In this document: positions 38,928 through 51,017 of the stretch, in pieces
Layout of the letters: every line of letters begins with the position of its first letter
Numbering within the stretch: position 1 is the first letter of the stretch
From: Marsupella aquatica
Taxonomy: Eukaryota > Plantae > Marchantiophyta
Length of the DNA stretch: 64,000 nucleotides
Reading direction: 5' to 3'
Assembly (NCBI GenBank): GCA_973895155.1
Contig: OZ316899.1
Span: 1,697,573-1,761,572, forward strand
Made by a program: the position numbers and the translations under genes
Notes under the pieces: model-generated
What the model was told of the DNA's origin: nothing
The model's database searches: none
The model's input: only the letters and a program-made list of their open reading frames with translations

Positions 38928-39797
38928 TCAATGCCAATCATAATCTACAAAAATCTCTTCCCCTGCTTGAATGGTGCGGCTAGCATGGGTCAAGATGTAA
39001 TGAGTACAAGCCTGTGGCAAACGAGGGTGGGTCTGGTCATGGTACTCGTGCCACTCAACGTTTGGCCTAAAACCTAAACGCCGACAACCCACAGTGCTAT
39101 TGATGTAACCTGCCAAGTTTCCAGTGCGGGGTAGATAACCATCCATCTGAGCATACCTAGGGTCTAGCTTGACAGACATTCCATATCGACCAAAGGTCGG
39201 ACATTGTCGAGACAAGATGCGCCATTGCTGTGCAAAATACTTTGGCCCATAGAATGGAAAGAGCTGAGGCAAGTCCTCGGGCTGACAACCATCAGGGACC
39301 ACAATATCTACAAGTGCAAATAATCCTAATCCTATGTTGGGGCCCAATGTGGAGGGAAGGAGGACCCAAGGGCGGCCCCAGACTATGATAGGTTCCCTGA
39401 TTGGAAGGTCCAATGGGAGCCCAAATTGGGTAGGAAATGAGTCCTTTATGATGTCCAAGGCTCTCCCACGTAACTCTCTCGGTTCCCAGGCACTAGATGC
39501 ATCAAGAAAAGGGCAACGGGGTGGCCTCATCCTAGGCGGACGAGACTCCAACGACCGTGGTCTAGTACTGACCACTACTCCCCTCTCAATAGGGTGCACC
39601 CGTGCCACCCTCACCCTATCAAATACACGGTCTATTGCCCGTAAGGTGGCATCTAGTGCCGATGGGGGGACCAGTGCAGAGAGCACTCGACGTGCAACCT
39701 CTCTCATGCGGTCCTTAGGGGGAGACCGTACAATAAGAATCTGTTCCACATGTATGCAACAAAATTTCAGAAAGAGAGAAACATGAACATTGCTCAA
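38928..39797 (-). CDS. SET-domain protein (last exon; gene probably starts near 40463 with an Arg/Asp-rich low-complexity exon)
   Basis: PSTLGPNIGLGLFA, YGPKY, MDG..GNLAGYINS and ASRTIQAGEEIFVDY are SET motifs; GTAAG donor at ~39867; no stop within the domain. Confidence 0.85.
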   Translation of the reverse strand: MSNVHVSLFLKFCCIHVEQILIVRSPPKDRMREVARRVLSALVPPSALDATLRAIDRVFDRVRVARVHPIERGVVVSTRPRSLESRPPRMRPPRCPFLDASSAWEPRELRGRALDIIKDSFPTQFGLPLDLPIREPIIVWGRPWVLLPSTLGPNIGLGLFALVDIVVPDGCQPEDLPQLFPFYGPKYFAQQWRILSRQCPTFGRYGMSVKLDPRYAQMDGYLPRTGNLAGYINSTVGCRRLGFRPNVEWHEYHDQTHPRLPQACTHYILTHASRTIQAGEEIFVDYDWH

Positions 39798-40863
39798 GAA
39801 GCCAACCTACCCCAACCTAGTAAAAGTTAAAGTTACTCAAAATGGTTGTGCAAAAGGATAAAACTTACCTCTGGTGTCGGTGGAACATAACAACCGTGGA
39901 TCCCTAAGTGGCTAACGATGGTAGTGCTCTCGTGAGATACAACACCCTTGCATCATCTACAAGGGCAAGGCATCTTGCGGACTGGTCCAATACCATGAAG
40001 AGTAGCCATGGCCGCTCCAAACCCCTCCTCCACTGGCAAAGGTGAGTTGTATGCCTGGGGCTCACGTGATCGCCGACGACGGTGTGACCAATGATGGCGG
40101 CTCCTCTCTCCTTTCGTCCTCATGACTGGGACGATGATGACCTTGAGATCCACTAGTCGTCCTCCGGGGCAATGACTCACGACCCCTGCTCTCTGGTGAA
40201 TAATCCCTCCTCTATGGCGAATAATCCCTCCTATCCAGTGAGTCATCCCTCCACCTATCCGGCGTATAGTCCCTCCTCCTAACCAGTGAATGATCCCTCC
40301 TCCTATCCGGCAAATAGTCTCTACCCCTATCACGATGCCGGTATCTGGAGCCAAGACTCGTATCCCCATCATCTCTCTCATCAGACAGAGAGTCCGATGC
40401 ATAGATCACCATGCCCTGCAACAAATTAAACCGTCTTTGATTAATGCGTAGGGAAGGATCCAAACCCTAAACCTACCACACAAACCCTAACCCTAAAGTA
40501 CAATGCCATACAATACGTTACAAGGCCTTAACGTCGTTTTTCAAAGCAACCCTAACATTTAACGTCATCAATGGACCCGCAAACAATGACCTTTAAAACA
40601 CGAAGGACGATGTTTATCTAGATTAACGTCGTTAAGTACGATGTATTATGTACGTTGTTTCACCTAACAACGTCTGTAACGACGTAAAATCAGGAAAACG
40701 GCGGATCCGCGAGGTTAGGCATCCCCGGTCATTTCCTTTGGGAAACATCGGGGGAGTATTGAGGGAGTGTTTGAATGTGACTCACATTCGACATTCCCCA
40801 CCTCTAGTCCTTACCTCTCCTTGCCTCCTCTACCTCACATAGTTGCTCACAGAATAGTCTGCC

Positions 40864-42906
40864 ATGTCGTATCCAGGCTATCTTCCCTGTAGTGTGAACT
40901 TTGATGCACTGAAGGTGGTTCTAGAGGATCCAAAGGAGTTGGAGAAGGTGCATCGAGCCCTACGTTCAACACATTCACTAGTTCAAGCATTCAACCATAG
41001 CTGGCAATTCATGGGAGGACAAGGAACAAAGGAGTCTAGGTTTATAGAATACCTGGAGAGTATTGAGGCCAACACTCTTGCCGACGAGGAGGGGGCCGAG
41101 ATTGAGGAGGGGGCCGTGATTGAAGTGCCTGAATCCACGCCCGAGCTTGATGGGGCATCAATTGATATGCTGCCTTCGTTCTCGAGTCTACCAGACGATG
41201 GTTGGGATGATCCTGCCTTCACTGGGATTCAACTAGATTGTCAAGCAGAAGCTTGAACTCCTATCAAGAGTCAAGTGACAATCCCACATGAGAGATACAG
41301 GCCAGAAGATGATAGGAGGGACCATCAGCAACATAGGAGGAGGAGGAGGTGATCTCGTTCTTCGTCAAACAGCAGCACTGAAAAGGAGAAGGTGAAAGGG
41401 GAAAGGATCCAATGACCACAATGCAGGCACTTCTAGCAAGAGACATAGGGAAGATCGACATACAGGAGCAGAGAGGAGAGAAGACCACTCACGATCATTT
41501 CCTCCAGAGCGGCAACTTCCTTCTCAACAAGCTGCAGCTGCTTTTGCCAATAGGGAGCACCTTCCCACCATCACCCTTGCCGCTTTTGATGCTAGGCCGG
41601 ACGTCATGGATGAGAAAGCACTCACGAACAGAGTGCAAACGTGCGTAGCTAAACACTGTCCCGGTTGGACTACTTGGAAGGAGCTTGTGCATAACCAGAA
41701 GAAGTTCCAATTGCTCCTGAATGACGTGCAGGCTGGATTCAGAAATGGGCGAGAGATTGACTACCGCCACATTAGGAAGAAGATTGTGAATCACCTAGCT
41801 GATCGGCGTTTCAGGTGGAGAGCCAAGGTCCAAAAACTGAGATGCTTGAGGACAAGGGATTACAAGAAACCTGATGGGATGAGTGAAGAGGACTTCAAAT
41901 TGATTGTCTCCAAATTGGAAGCAGCCCCAGACACCCTAGTTGGCAAGCGAGTGCATATGGGAGACAAGGCCACTGCTGTTCGAAAAGCGAGTGGCAAGAA
42001 GGTGACTAATTTTTGGGGGCAGGGAGGATGGGGAGGATTTCTTGCAACCTATGTAAGTGCAGTGACTCACTCTATACTCATTGAAGTCTGCATTCTGTGG
42101 TTGTGTGCTGTTGCGGTGAAATCCTGTGCTTTACGTCATTTTTTAGTATTAACGTCGTCTTGGCCGCACATGACCTTCCCTCTTACAACGTTTTCTTAGA
42201 CGTACCTCGCCTCTAACTACGTTAGCACTGTATTAACGTCGTCCTATCGACGTTAATACTATGGAGTCCCCCTGAACGTCTTAATGGATGACATATGTAT
42301 TAGTAACGTTGTATGATGATAGGTAAATAACATCGCCCTGAACGACGTAACTTCCCTTTGCTGCAGAAGCGGAAGTATGGCCGAGATGCTGAGCCGAGTG
42401 AGCAGGAGCGGCTATACTCTAAGCGATATGGCCCGGCAGCCCTATGGGCAAAGCTTGACTCTGTTATGGAAGACCACCCGGTAAGTGTGCTAGCTTGTTC
42501 AGTACCATTCCATAGACCTAGACTGAAACTGTATCTTATGCAAACCTAGACTGAAATTGTATCTTGTGCACAAGTGGATTGGACTGCACCAGAGGGTTTA
42601 GTAGCACGACCCATTGAGGAGGATGAGGAGCCCAACACTGTAGCCCTGGAGGAGGGTACCCAGGAGGAGGACCCAATACCTTGCGATCAACAGGGCTCCA
42701 CTTCTCGTGACCTTTTCCCTGTACTGGAGACTCATAGGGCCAGAGGACAGGGAAGGGAGAGACAGAGGGAGGAGGGAGATAGAGATAGAGAGAGGAGAAG
42801 GAGGAGTGGTGAGAGGCGGTCCACTAGGGTAACACGTAGGGCCTCATTCACAATTGGAGGACCCAAAAGGAACGTCACACTCAAAAGTGACCATAGTTTA
42901 TTATGA
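40864..42906 (+). pseudogene. TnpA/Ptta-like gene of element 2, fragmented
   Basis: IRKKIVNHLADRRFRWR..KKPDGMSEEDFK..NFWGQGGW resembles Transposase_24-type proteins; GTAAGT donors near 42053 and 42481. Confidence 0.55.
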
Positions 42907-44337
42907 TTTAGGATATCATTTTTAGGGTGTAATGAGATGATATAGAAAATTTGATGTACTATACTTAATAAACATCCTATAGGTTTGTAACATTCATTAA
43001 ACTATCTAGCATTTAAAACTTTGAAGTTTTCCTTATATGTCCTTCAAAGATTGATAAAAGGACTTGTCACGCAACGGGTCACATCATTTCAAGACTCAAA
43101 AGGACTCTAAAAAATGCATTTTAGACAATAAAATTTTACCAAAGCATGCATACTAATAGCATAGTCTTATATTTCACTTAAATAGTGACACACACTAAAC
43201 CTTTATGTACAGGACAAAAATAATCAATAATTTTGGCTTATTTAGGGCCATCAATAAAAGGATCCCTTCAAACAGTTGAAAACTTGATGTATCTACATGG
43301 TGAGGTAGGTTACACCATGTAAAATAGTCTTGTGAAAAAATTAGACTTAAATGTCTTGAGATAAAATCATGATGAACCTTTTTCCATGTTATGAAAGTCA
43401 TTTTTCACTAAAAAAGCATGTTTTTGAGTCCTAAAAGTGGTTCCTGCTAGGTACACCCAATTGTGAATGAGGCCGTAGCACCAGGCAGATAGTGCCAAAA
43501 CCTAGAGGCAAGGCTCCACCCTTGGCTGCACCAGAACCCAGAAGGCAGTAGCAGTGCCTCAGAGCAGGATGACCAACAGTATCTGTTGCGTCGGCGACGA
43601 GGCGGAGGATCAGGACGTGATAGGCCCCATTCTCAACGACATTAGGTTGTAGGTATTTCAGTAGCAGGAGGTCCTCCATGCATTATGTACATATTTTTTG
43701 CCATTTTGATTCAGGCCACCCATTTGTGGTGGCACCTCATTCCGGGTTACAATATGTAAAAACACATGGTTATATTGTGTGTGAGCTGAACCCTAACAAG
43801 GACCCCACCCAGACAGTGCAATGTGTAATAGGATGTATGTACTCTCGTATACGTCCTCCTTTATAAGACCTTTAACCACCACAATACATTGTTGAGCCCT
43901 ACATAAGCCAACGTACGTCGCATAACAAGAGCACGATACATCGTCCCCTACTATGTCAACTTACCCAAACGTCTCAAAGAGGTCATAATATACCGGCCAC
44001 GGATGATGCTAAAATAATACGATGTTTAGTGCATTGCACATTACGACGTACTAGACGTGCTTAATGTTTCGTTACGTAGCCTGACACGACGTTTATGGGT
44101 AAACTTAAACACGAGCATTGGGTTTATTTTACGTAGCCTAACACGTTGTAAAATCATATACCTCCTATTGTACGACGTTAAGAACAATGTTCTGGACGTG
44201 GTAAAGAGCGTCTCCCCAAATGTGGTAATTAACGTCGCTCTATTAACGTCGTGAATGAGGTCTTTCCTCCGCTGGCCATATACGTCGTGATTAACGTCTT
44301 CTAAAAGTCCGTTAATCAACCGTAAAATGTAGTTGTG

Positions 44338-45400
44338 TTTGGGCAAATGACTCCAAAGTCATACAACTTGGGTGATGCCCTTCCATGATGCAAAATGTGT
44401 GTTTTAAAAAGTGTTGTGGAGACCAAGTGGCATAACTAGTGGCTCAGGGTGTACAAGTACCCCATCCCGCACCATGTGGAGTGGGTAGCATCCCTAATGG
44501 CCGGCTACGATCACGTATATTGCGAATAAGCCCCAAGGAGTCATATTGTCCATGGCATGCTTGACTGCCGCCTTGACATCATCAATGACTTATTTTTGTG
44601 TCATTTGCTTAAATGACACCTCTCGGCACTCCACAAATGACAAAAACCTTTAGTCAAGTGCACAAATGACTCTATATCCCTTGCAAATGACAAAATGCGA
44701 GTGGTTTGCACCCCTCTAAACAACTTGGGAGTGTTTTGCCCAAAGTTGGGCCATGCCCTTCCAAGGTGAAAAAGTTGGGTCATAAAAACTATTGCGAGGC
44801 CAAATTGAGATAACTAGTGGCCCAGAGTTTAGGTGTACCCTACCCCGCACCATGTGGAGTGGGTAGCATCCCTAATGCTGGGCTACAATCATGGATATAG
44901 CCAATTGACCCTCGAAGGCCCCAAAGAGTCATATTGTCCATGGCATGCATGACTGCAATAGTGACATCATGAATGACCTATTTTTGTGTCATTTACATGA
45001 ATGATGTCTCCCAGCACTTCCTAAATGACACAAACCCTTAGTCACGTGCACAAATGACTCTAGATCCCTTGCCAATGACTCACAATAGTGGTTTGCACCC
45101 CTGTGGGCAAATGACTTCAAAGTCATACAACTTGGGAGTGTTTTGCCCAAAGTTGGGTGATGCCCTTCCATGATGCAAAATGTGTGTTTTAAAAAGTGTT
45201 GTGGAGTCCAAATGGCATAACCAGTGGCCCAGGGTTGTCAAGTACCCTATCCCGCACCATGTGAAGTGGGTATCATCCTTAATGGCCGGCCCCTATCACC
45301 AATGGGGTCAATCAGCCACCAAAGGCTCTTAAGAGTCATATTCTGCATGGCATACATGACCACAACATTGACATCCCAATTGAAATGACATTTGCATAAA
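44338..45400 (+). repeat. Right part of the same tandem array
   Basis: Anchor copies at 44457, 44835 and 45242, in the same orientation as the left part. Confidence 0.88.
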
Positions 45401-46316
45401 TGACATCTAGCGGCACTTGTCAAATGACTAGAAAGTTGAGTGAGAGCAAAAATGATTGGGAATCCTTTGCAAATAACATGAATATTATATTGAAAAAATG
45501 ACATGAGCAAATATAGGCATGTAGTATCTAAATTCTAAACCTTAAACCCCAGACCTATGCCCGAGAGTGTTATTTGGCAACCTTGCATGCCCCCATATAT
45601 ACTCCAACATGTGAAATGTGAATACAACTTAAGGAATGTAAACACTTCAGGAGTCCTTGGCATATATAGGAAAGATGTAATAAATGGGTGCAAGTATATA
45701 TAAATGTACATACTTATTAGAGATTATCAAGCCTTTAAGTTGTACATCAATTTAATGATGAGACTCACAACAAAAGAAGGCTTGTTAGGTCTCTAAATGT
45801 ATTTCAAATCTAATATGTGAGTGCCACTAGTCTTTATATATACTACCATACGTTTTGGATGACTAATCATACCCTAAACCCTAAAACATATACTAAACCA
45901 TAAACCTCAAAATAGTCATATGTTGTTTATCATGTCATTTATCACTTTTGGTTTAAATGACTACTAACATTTTTAAACACTGATATTTGCATATTTGATT
46001 TATTAGTCATTAGTCACCGTCGTCTAAAATGACTTCCCATATGTGAAACACTGATATGACAGAGTTTTTGTTAATTGTGTCATTCACAAAGACTGTCCAA
46101 AATGACTACAACTCATGATTGTTGTCATTATAGCAGTCAAAGTCATTTGGCTCATTGGTTTAAATGACACTATTGCAAGTATTAGTCATTTTTTGCACCC
46201 CGTCATTTTGGACAGTCATTTCAATGTCATTTATGTCATGTCATTTACATATTTTGTCATTTGAGCACATAAGTCATATGTGTCATAGTCATAAAAGGCC
46301 CCATTTTCTACTAGTG
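45400..46316. mobile_element. Terminal region of a canonical CACTA element
   Basis: Ends TTTTCTACTAGTG at 46316 (reverse complement CACTAGTAGAAAA); dense ATGAC/GTCAT subterminal motifs; matching left end not found. Confidence 0.72.
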
Positions 46317-47519
46317 CAATCAGAGCTTTGTGAACCCGCCTTTCACAGATTGTGATCCAACCTTTAGTGCAGATCGACGATAGCTAACAATCAACACGAT
46401 AGCCTCAACATCCCAAACTGATTTCCTTCGATAGCCAGCCCACGATAATGTCCAAACTCAAAACCTGTCACCAATCATAGATCTGTACATCGATCGGTAA
46501 GTAGGCTGATCGGACAGCAACTCAACATCGCTACAGATCGAGATAACAACGATCTGTTCGGTAACAACACACGATCCGGGCTACCACGAACCGTCGACAA
46601 CTCAATCAATCGAACTTCTGTCCGCACAGTCCGTACAACAGATTTCAAATCTGATCTTTCAATGTAATCTCCTCAACAATCGGCACAACGATCCTGGTCA
46701 ACAATACCCCATCGATCCCGCACCAATCCGATCACACACGTATGTCAAGCCAGCGCACCTTGCACTACTCAAGGAATCCACGTTACACAAGCGGAGCTCA
46801 CAGCCACCATAGCCACTTAAGCTCCTCTCTCTCCAAGGCTCAACATTGAAAGATGACCTTTCAATGCCTCACAAGTGAGAAGTACCCTCTCACACAAACC
46901 TGACGGAACCTTATCGGCTCATATAGTACACATACCAAACATACAGATCTAGATAGTACGATACACTCTAACACTACCTAGAATGGTGTGACACAACCGA
47001 CACCGGCCCGGTTGGCAGACAGAAGATCTGTGCTAGCCTATGCTCCGTGAGTGATAAGGTTTGCCCTAAAACCTTGTTGGTCAATGCATCAGTGTCGAAA
47101 TTGGAGATGAACTCACAAATCTCCTTTGGCCCGACTGCGCACGGTGTCGTGCCGAAAGATTTCGGCTCAGGAATGGCTTTTATAGGGGATGATGGGTGAG
47201 GCCTCCCGGTTGGGTTGCGTGCATGCTGACTTGGAGGGGCTGCTTGGTTGGATGGATTGAGGTTTGGTGATTGGGTGACTCGGCGTCACCAGGTTTGGTG
47301 TTTGGGTGAGTCACCAGGCTTGGAGTTTGGATGAGCCTCGCTGCTGGCAGTTGGCTCAGGCTGGATGGTTGGGTTTCTGATGCTACTTAAGACTTGACCC
47401 TCGGCTCATTGAGGTTGGCGGTTGTCTATTGAGATATGTTGAGTTGCGTTCTGTGCGTTTCGCTCCGTTTTGCAGAACTCGACTGTTGTGCGGCGGTTTT
47501 GGAGTTTCGAGTGAGTTTT

Positions 47520-47670
47520 TGATCCAGGTGGGGATTTTTCGATCCAGGCGGGGAATTTCTCGAGTCTGGAGTCTCATTGATCCAGGCGGGGATTTCTTGA
47601 GTTTGGAGTCTTGTCGATCCAGGCGAGGATTTCTTGAGTTTGGAGCCTCGTTGGTCCAGGCCCGAGTTCC
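47520..47670 (+). repeat. ~36-bp imperfect tandem repeat (GATCCAGGCGGGGATTTCTTGAGTTTGGAGTC...)
   Basis: GATCCAGG recurs about five times, with 3-4 fuller units. Confidence 0.75.
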
Positions 47671-50600
47671 GTGCGAGCTGTTTTAGACTAGTGGAGTAGC
47701 TAGTCAAGTTTTTGGTTTTGTGAGCTAAGGAGGATAGTTTTTCCGTCAGATTTGGAGTAGTTAGTCACTTGAGGAGTTCTACTCGACAAGTTAGAGGTAG
47801 CGGCCCGCCGTAGGGCCAGCTACCAGACTCTTGCGGGCAAGCTTACTCGAGGGCACCTATTGTAACCTTTGTGAGAAAAGTAAAAAATATAAAGGAGTGA
47901 GAGTTCGCTCCAAAAAGTGCTTGTCACCTGTCCCGATCGCAGCCAGAAACGCATAGTTTTCCCGAGGAGCCCCTAACTTTAAGTCCTCGCGACAACGGTC
48001 TCCATAGCAAGTGAGCAAACTGCTCCAATTGATGCTCCTTGAGATAGTCCGCGTGGTCGAGTTTCTTGATCGCAATCCAGACTACCTTGGGGACGCGGAT
48101 TACCTGTAATAAGTTAAACTTTGGATTATCCACGGGCCGTCGGGTCTGGTTGGTCGGGGATTTGTCGGGGTAGTTGCAGGGGTGGCGTTAGTTGGCGTTG
48201 TCGGTTTGGGGGCCGACGTCGTCCTTGACCGCTTCCAAGAACGCTGCTCAAGCTGCGGACTAGCACGCTCGGAACCCAAGGAACACTCAGTGTTGTTCAC
48301 GGGACGGACTTGGGACCGGTTTGGTGGTACGCCGATGGTCATCGGCTGAGGGGCTGGGGGTGGTGTCGGGGTAGCCATATCCCAGTTGAAGGTGTTGGAG
48401 CTTTCCTTGAGGAACGTAAGGTTATGCGCCGCTTCCCATTGTCTTCTGATGTCTTCTTCACGCTTCTCGGCTGTAATCTGCTGGTCGATGTATCCCGGAA
48501 TCTTGTCAAACTCTGCTAGAGTCAGTCTCTGGTTGCCCTTCAGCCTAAAGAACTTTGCGGGAACTTCAAGAATTGCCTCTACCACCGATCTGAACCCTTC
48601 CTCACTGATATATAGCTCGGTGATGTAATCCCATAGCTCGTTGTAACTGGAATCCCTAGTGATGGTTGTCTTCTCACAGTTAACCTGTGCTATCTTGGTC
48701 ACCAGCTATCTCGCCACAATCCACTCTCATCCCTCGATAATCTTCTCGTAAAGGTCAGCTTGATTCGAGAAAAGGTGAGAGTGAATGGCAGCGTCTGCAA
48801 ATTCCAAAAGGTAGAAATGAGCAAATGGCCCGCAGTGCCATCGACTCCGCTCTTATGGAGGTGCAGGGTGAGCTTGATTGTGAGAGGGCAAGGCCGTTTT
48901 GGTCGTTGATAATGAGCTGAAGTCGGCGTCTCGGTCCAAGCGTGATCCTCCTAACGGATTTTTACTCCGCCGCTGCCACCGTACCTTGGTCGAGCGTAAT
49001 AATCCTCTCCCTTAATTTGTAATCATTCGGTCAACTAACCTACTCCTAATCTATTCATAAGGGCAAAGATGGCTATTCGTGCTATTCTACGCTACGGCTA
49101 CGGTCCTAATGACCGTATAAGTCCTAATCTAGACCTGCGTTCGGTTAAGTGACACGTTGCCCATGTCACACCTTATCGCAATCCTCCTTATAACACATTG
49201 CAATCGGCTTTGGTCTTTATTCCTACCTTATACTATTTAGTCATTATCTTTATTTAGCCATTATTTTAGGCTTAACTAAGTATTTCATGATCCTGGCAAG
49301 GCATCACAAAAGTGATCCAGGTGCATGAGATAAGTTTGAGTTCTGATTTTGGTTCAAACTTAGACAAATTTGAGTAAAGTGGAGCAGACCGGAGGCTGCT
49401 TAGGTTTATTGGGGGAGAATGTCATGACGAACCATTTTGGTACCGAGACCAGGGATGAGGAAATTGATTGGTGTATTCAGTGAGCTGTGAGTGATGTGGA
49501 GTCAAATTTTTTTGACTTCAAGCTCAATTCTGAGAGTCGATTGGTGTTCCGTTTTCAATGAGTTGCAAATGCTCAGGAGTCGAATCATTTCAACTTTGAG
49601 CTCAAACTTTGAGTGACGATTGGTGTTTTGTTTTTGATGAGTTTTGGGCATACGAAAGCTAAGGAGTTGGGAGTTGGTTGTGAATGGAATGCAAAAGGCT
49701 GTTGGTTTGTCTTCAGGCAACCAAGAGTCTGGCCATTGGGTTCTGAACCCGCCTGGCGGTGACTCGTTGGGCGGGGATGCTGCTTCTAAGGTGTATTTCA
49801 GGCCTGGGCTTTGGCTCAATCCAGGGGAGTCAATTGTTTATGGAGATTTGGATTGAGGATTAAGGTGCCAATTGTGAACCAGCGAGCTTAGTGTTGGATC
49901 GTTGGTGATGCAAACTGATAGACTTTGAGTAGGATTGAAGTTCTAAGCTTGAGCACTTGAGGAATTGGATTTTTGTGGTTTTCTAACCTGATAGCCTTTG
50001 AGAGGACGATAGCTCGATGGAAGATAGATAGTAGCCCGCCAAAGGGTCAGAGATCAGACTTTCACGAGTATCCCGCCCAAAGGCACCCATTATATTGATC
50101 ACGAGATTTTCAGAAAGTAAAGTGTTTGAGTTTGGGCCACAAATTGTGTTTATCACTTGTCTGGATCGCAGCCAGAAACAACTCGTTTTCCCAAGGTGAC
50201 CCTTGCATTCAGTCCACGCGACACCGTTTCCGGTTTTCATGGAAGGAAAAGTAACTGTCATTCAAAATCCGAAAGTCACAAAGGAAGATCCATAAATGAG
50301 TATAAGGCAAAATCCGAAAATGGATTTTTGGGTTTACTACAAAATCTGAATTTTGATCATAACAGGATCCGGAAATCCTAAATCTAATTTCTAATGAACT
50401 ACAAAGCTACTAAACTACTGGAGAATTATCTTCTATCTCTACTCAAACTGGTTCACGTGTAGTATCAACTGGACTAACAGGCTTCTGAGAAGTTGGGGTC
50501 CTAAAATCAATAGTAGCCTCCATATTCTTTGGGTCCAAGGGATGGGGGACTGATAGTCAAAGGTGAAACAGACGGAAAACAAAACTCAACCTTCTCAAAT

Positions 50601-51017
50601 CCGGGTAGGGTATCTTCTGCTTTGATTGCAACTGTAATTACAGGGGACATACTAGATTTTGACAAGGGTCAACATAACATCTATTTCGACAATACTAGTA
50701 TATTCGTTGAATTCCATTTTTTCCTAAATACTTGAAAATATTAAGTTAAATGATTAAATTAACTCATAATTAAGAATAGAACATTATAAAGCATCATTCA
50801 AACAATAAATTGTGAACACAACACAATATTCCATAAATGAATCACAATGTAAGATTCTTGGGTATCCATATTTACATCAATTTTATGTTCTAAATGGCAC
50901 TTAGAACTACGAGTAATATTTGAAACCATCATTCTCTTAGACTTAGTCTAGTACATGTGTACATCTGAATTGTCACAAATTCCTAGCCACCATAACCCCT
51001 ATTTATGAGAGGAACTT

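Larger units (their letters stand above)
33945..44337. mobile_element. CACTA/EnSpm-type element 2 (10393 bp) with CACAA termini, carrying a SET-domain gene
   Basis: TIR CACAACTACATTTT (33945) / AAAATGTAGTTGTG (ends 44337); TSD TTT (33942-33944, 44338-44340); the empty site rebuilds the array consensus TGCACCCCTTTGGGCAAATGAC; ACGACGT-rich subterminal DNA. Confidence 0.92.

Noticed and set aside
32720-45400. The two repeat blocks as LTRs of one element
   Set aside because: They are one tandem array split by the TIR element 33945-44337; the empty site can be reconstructed
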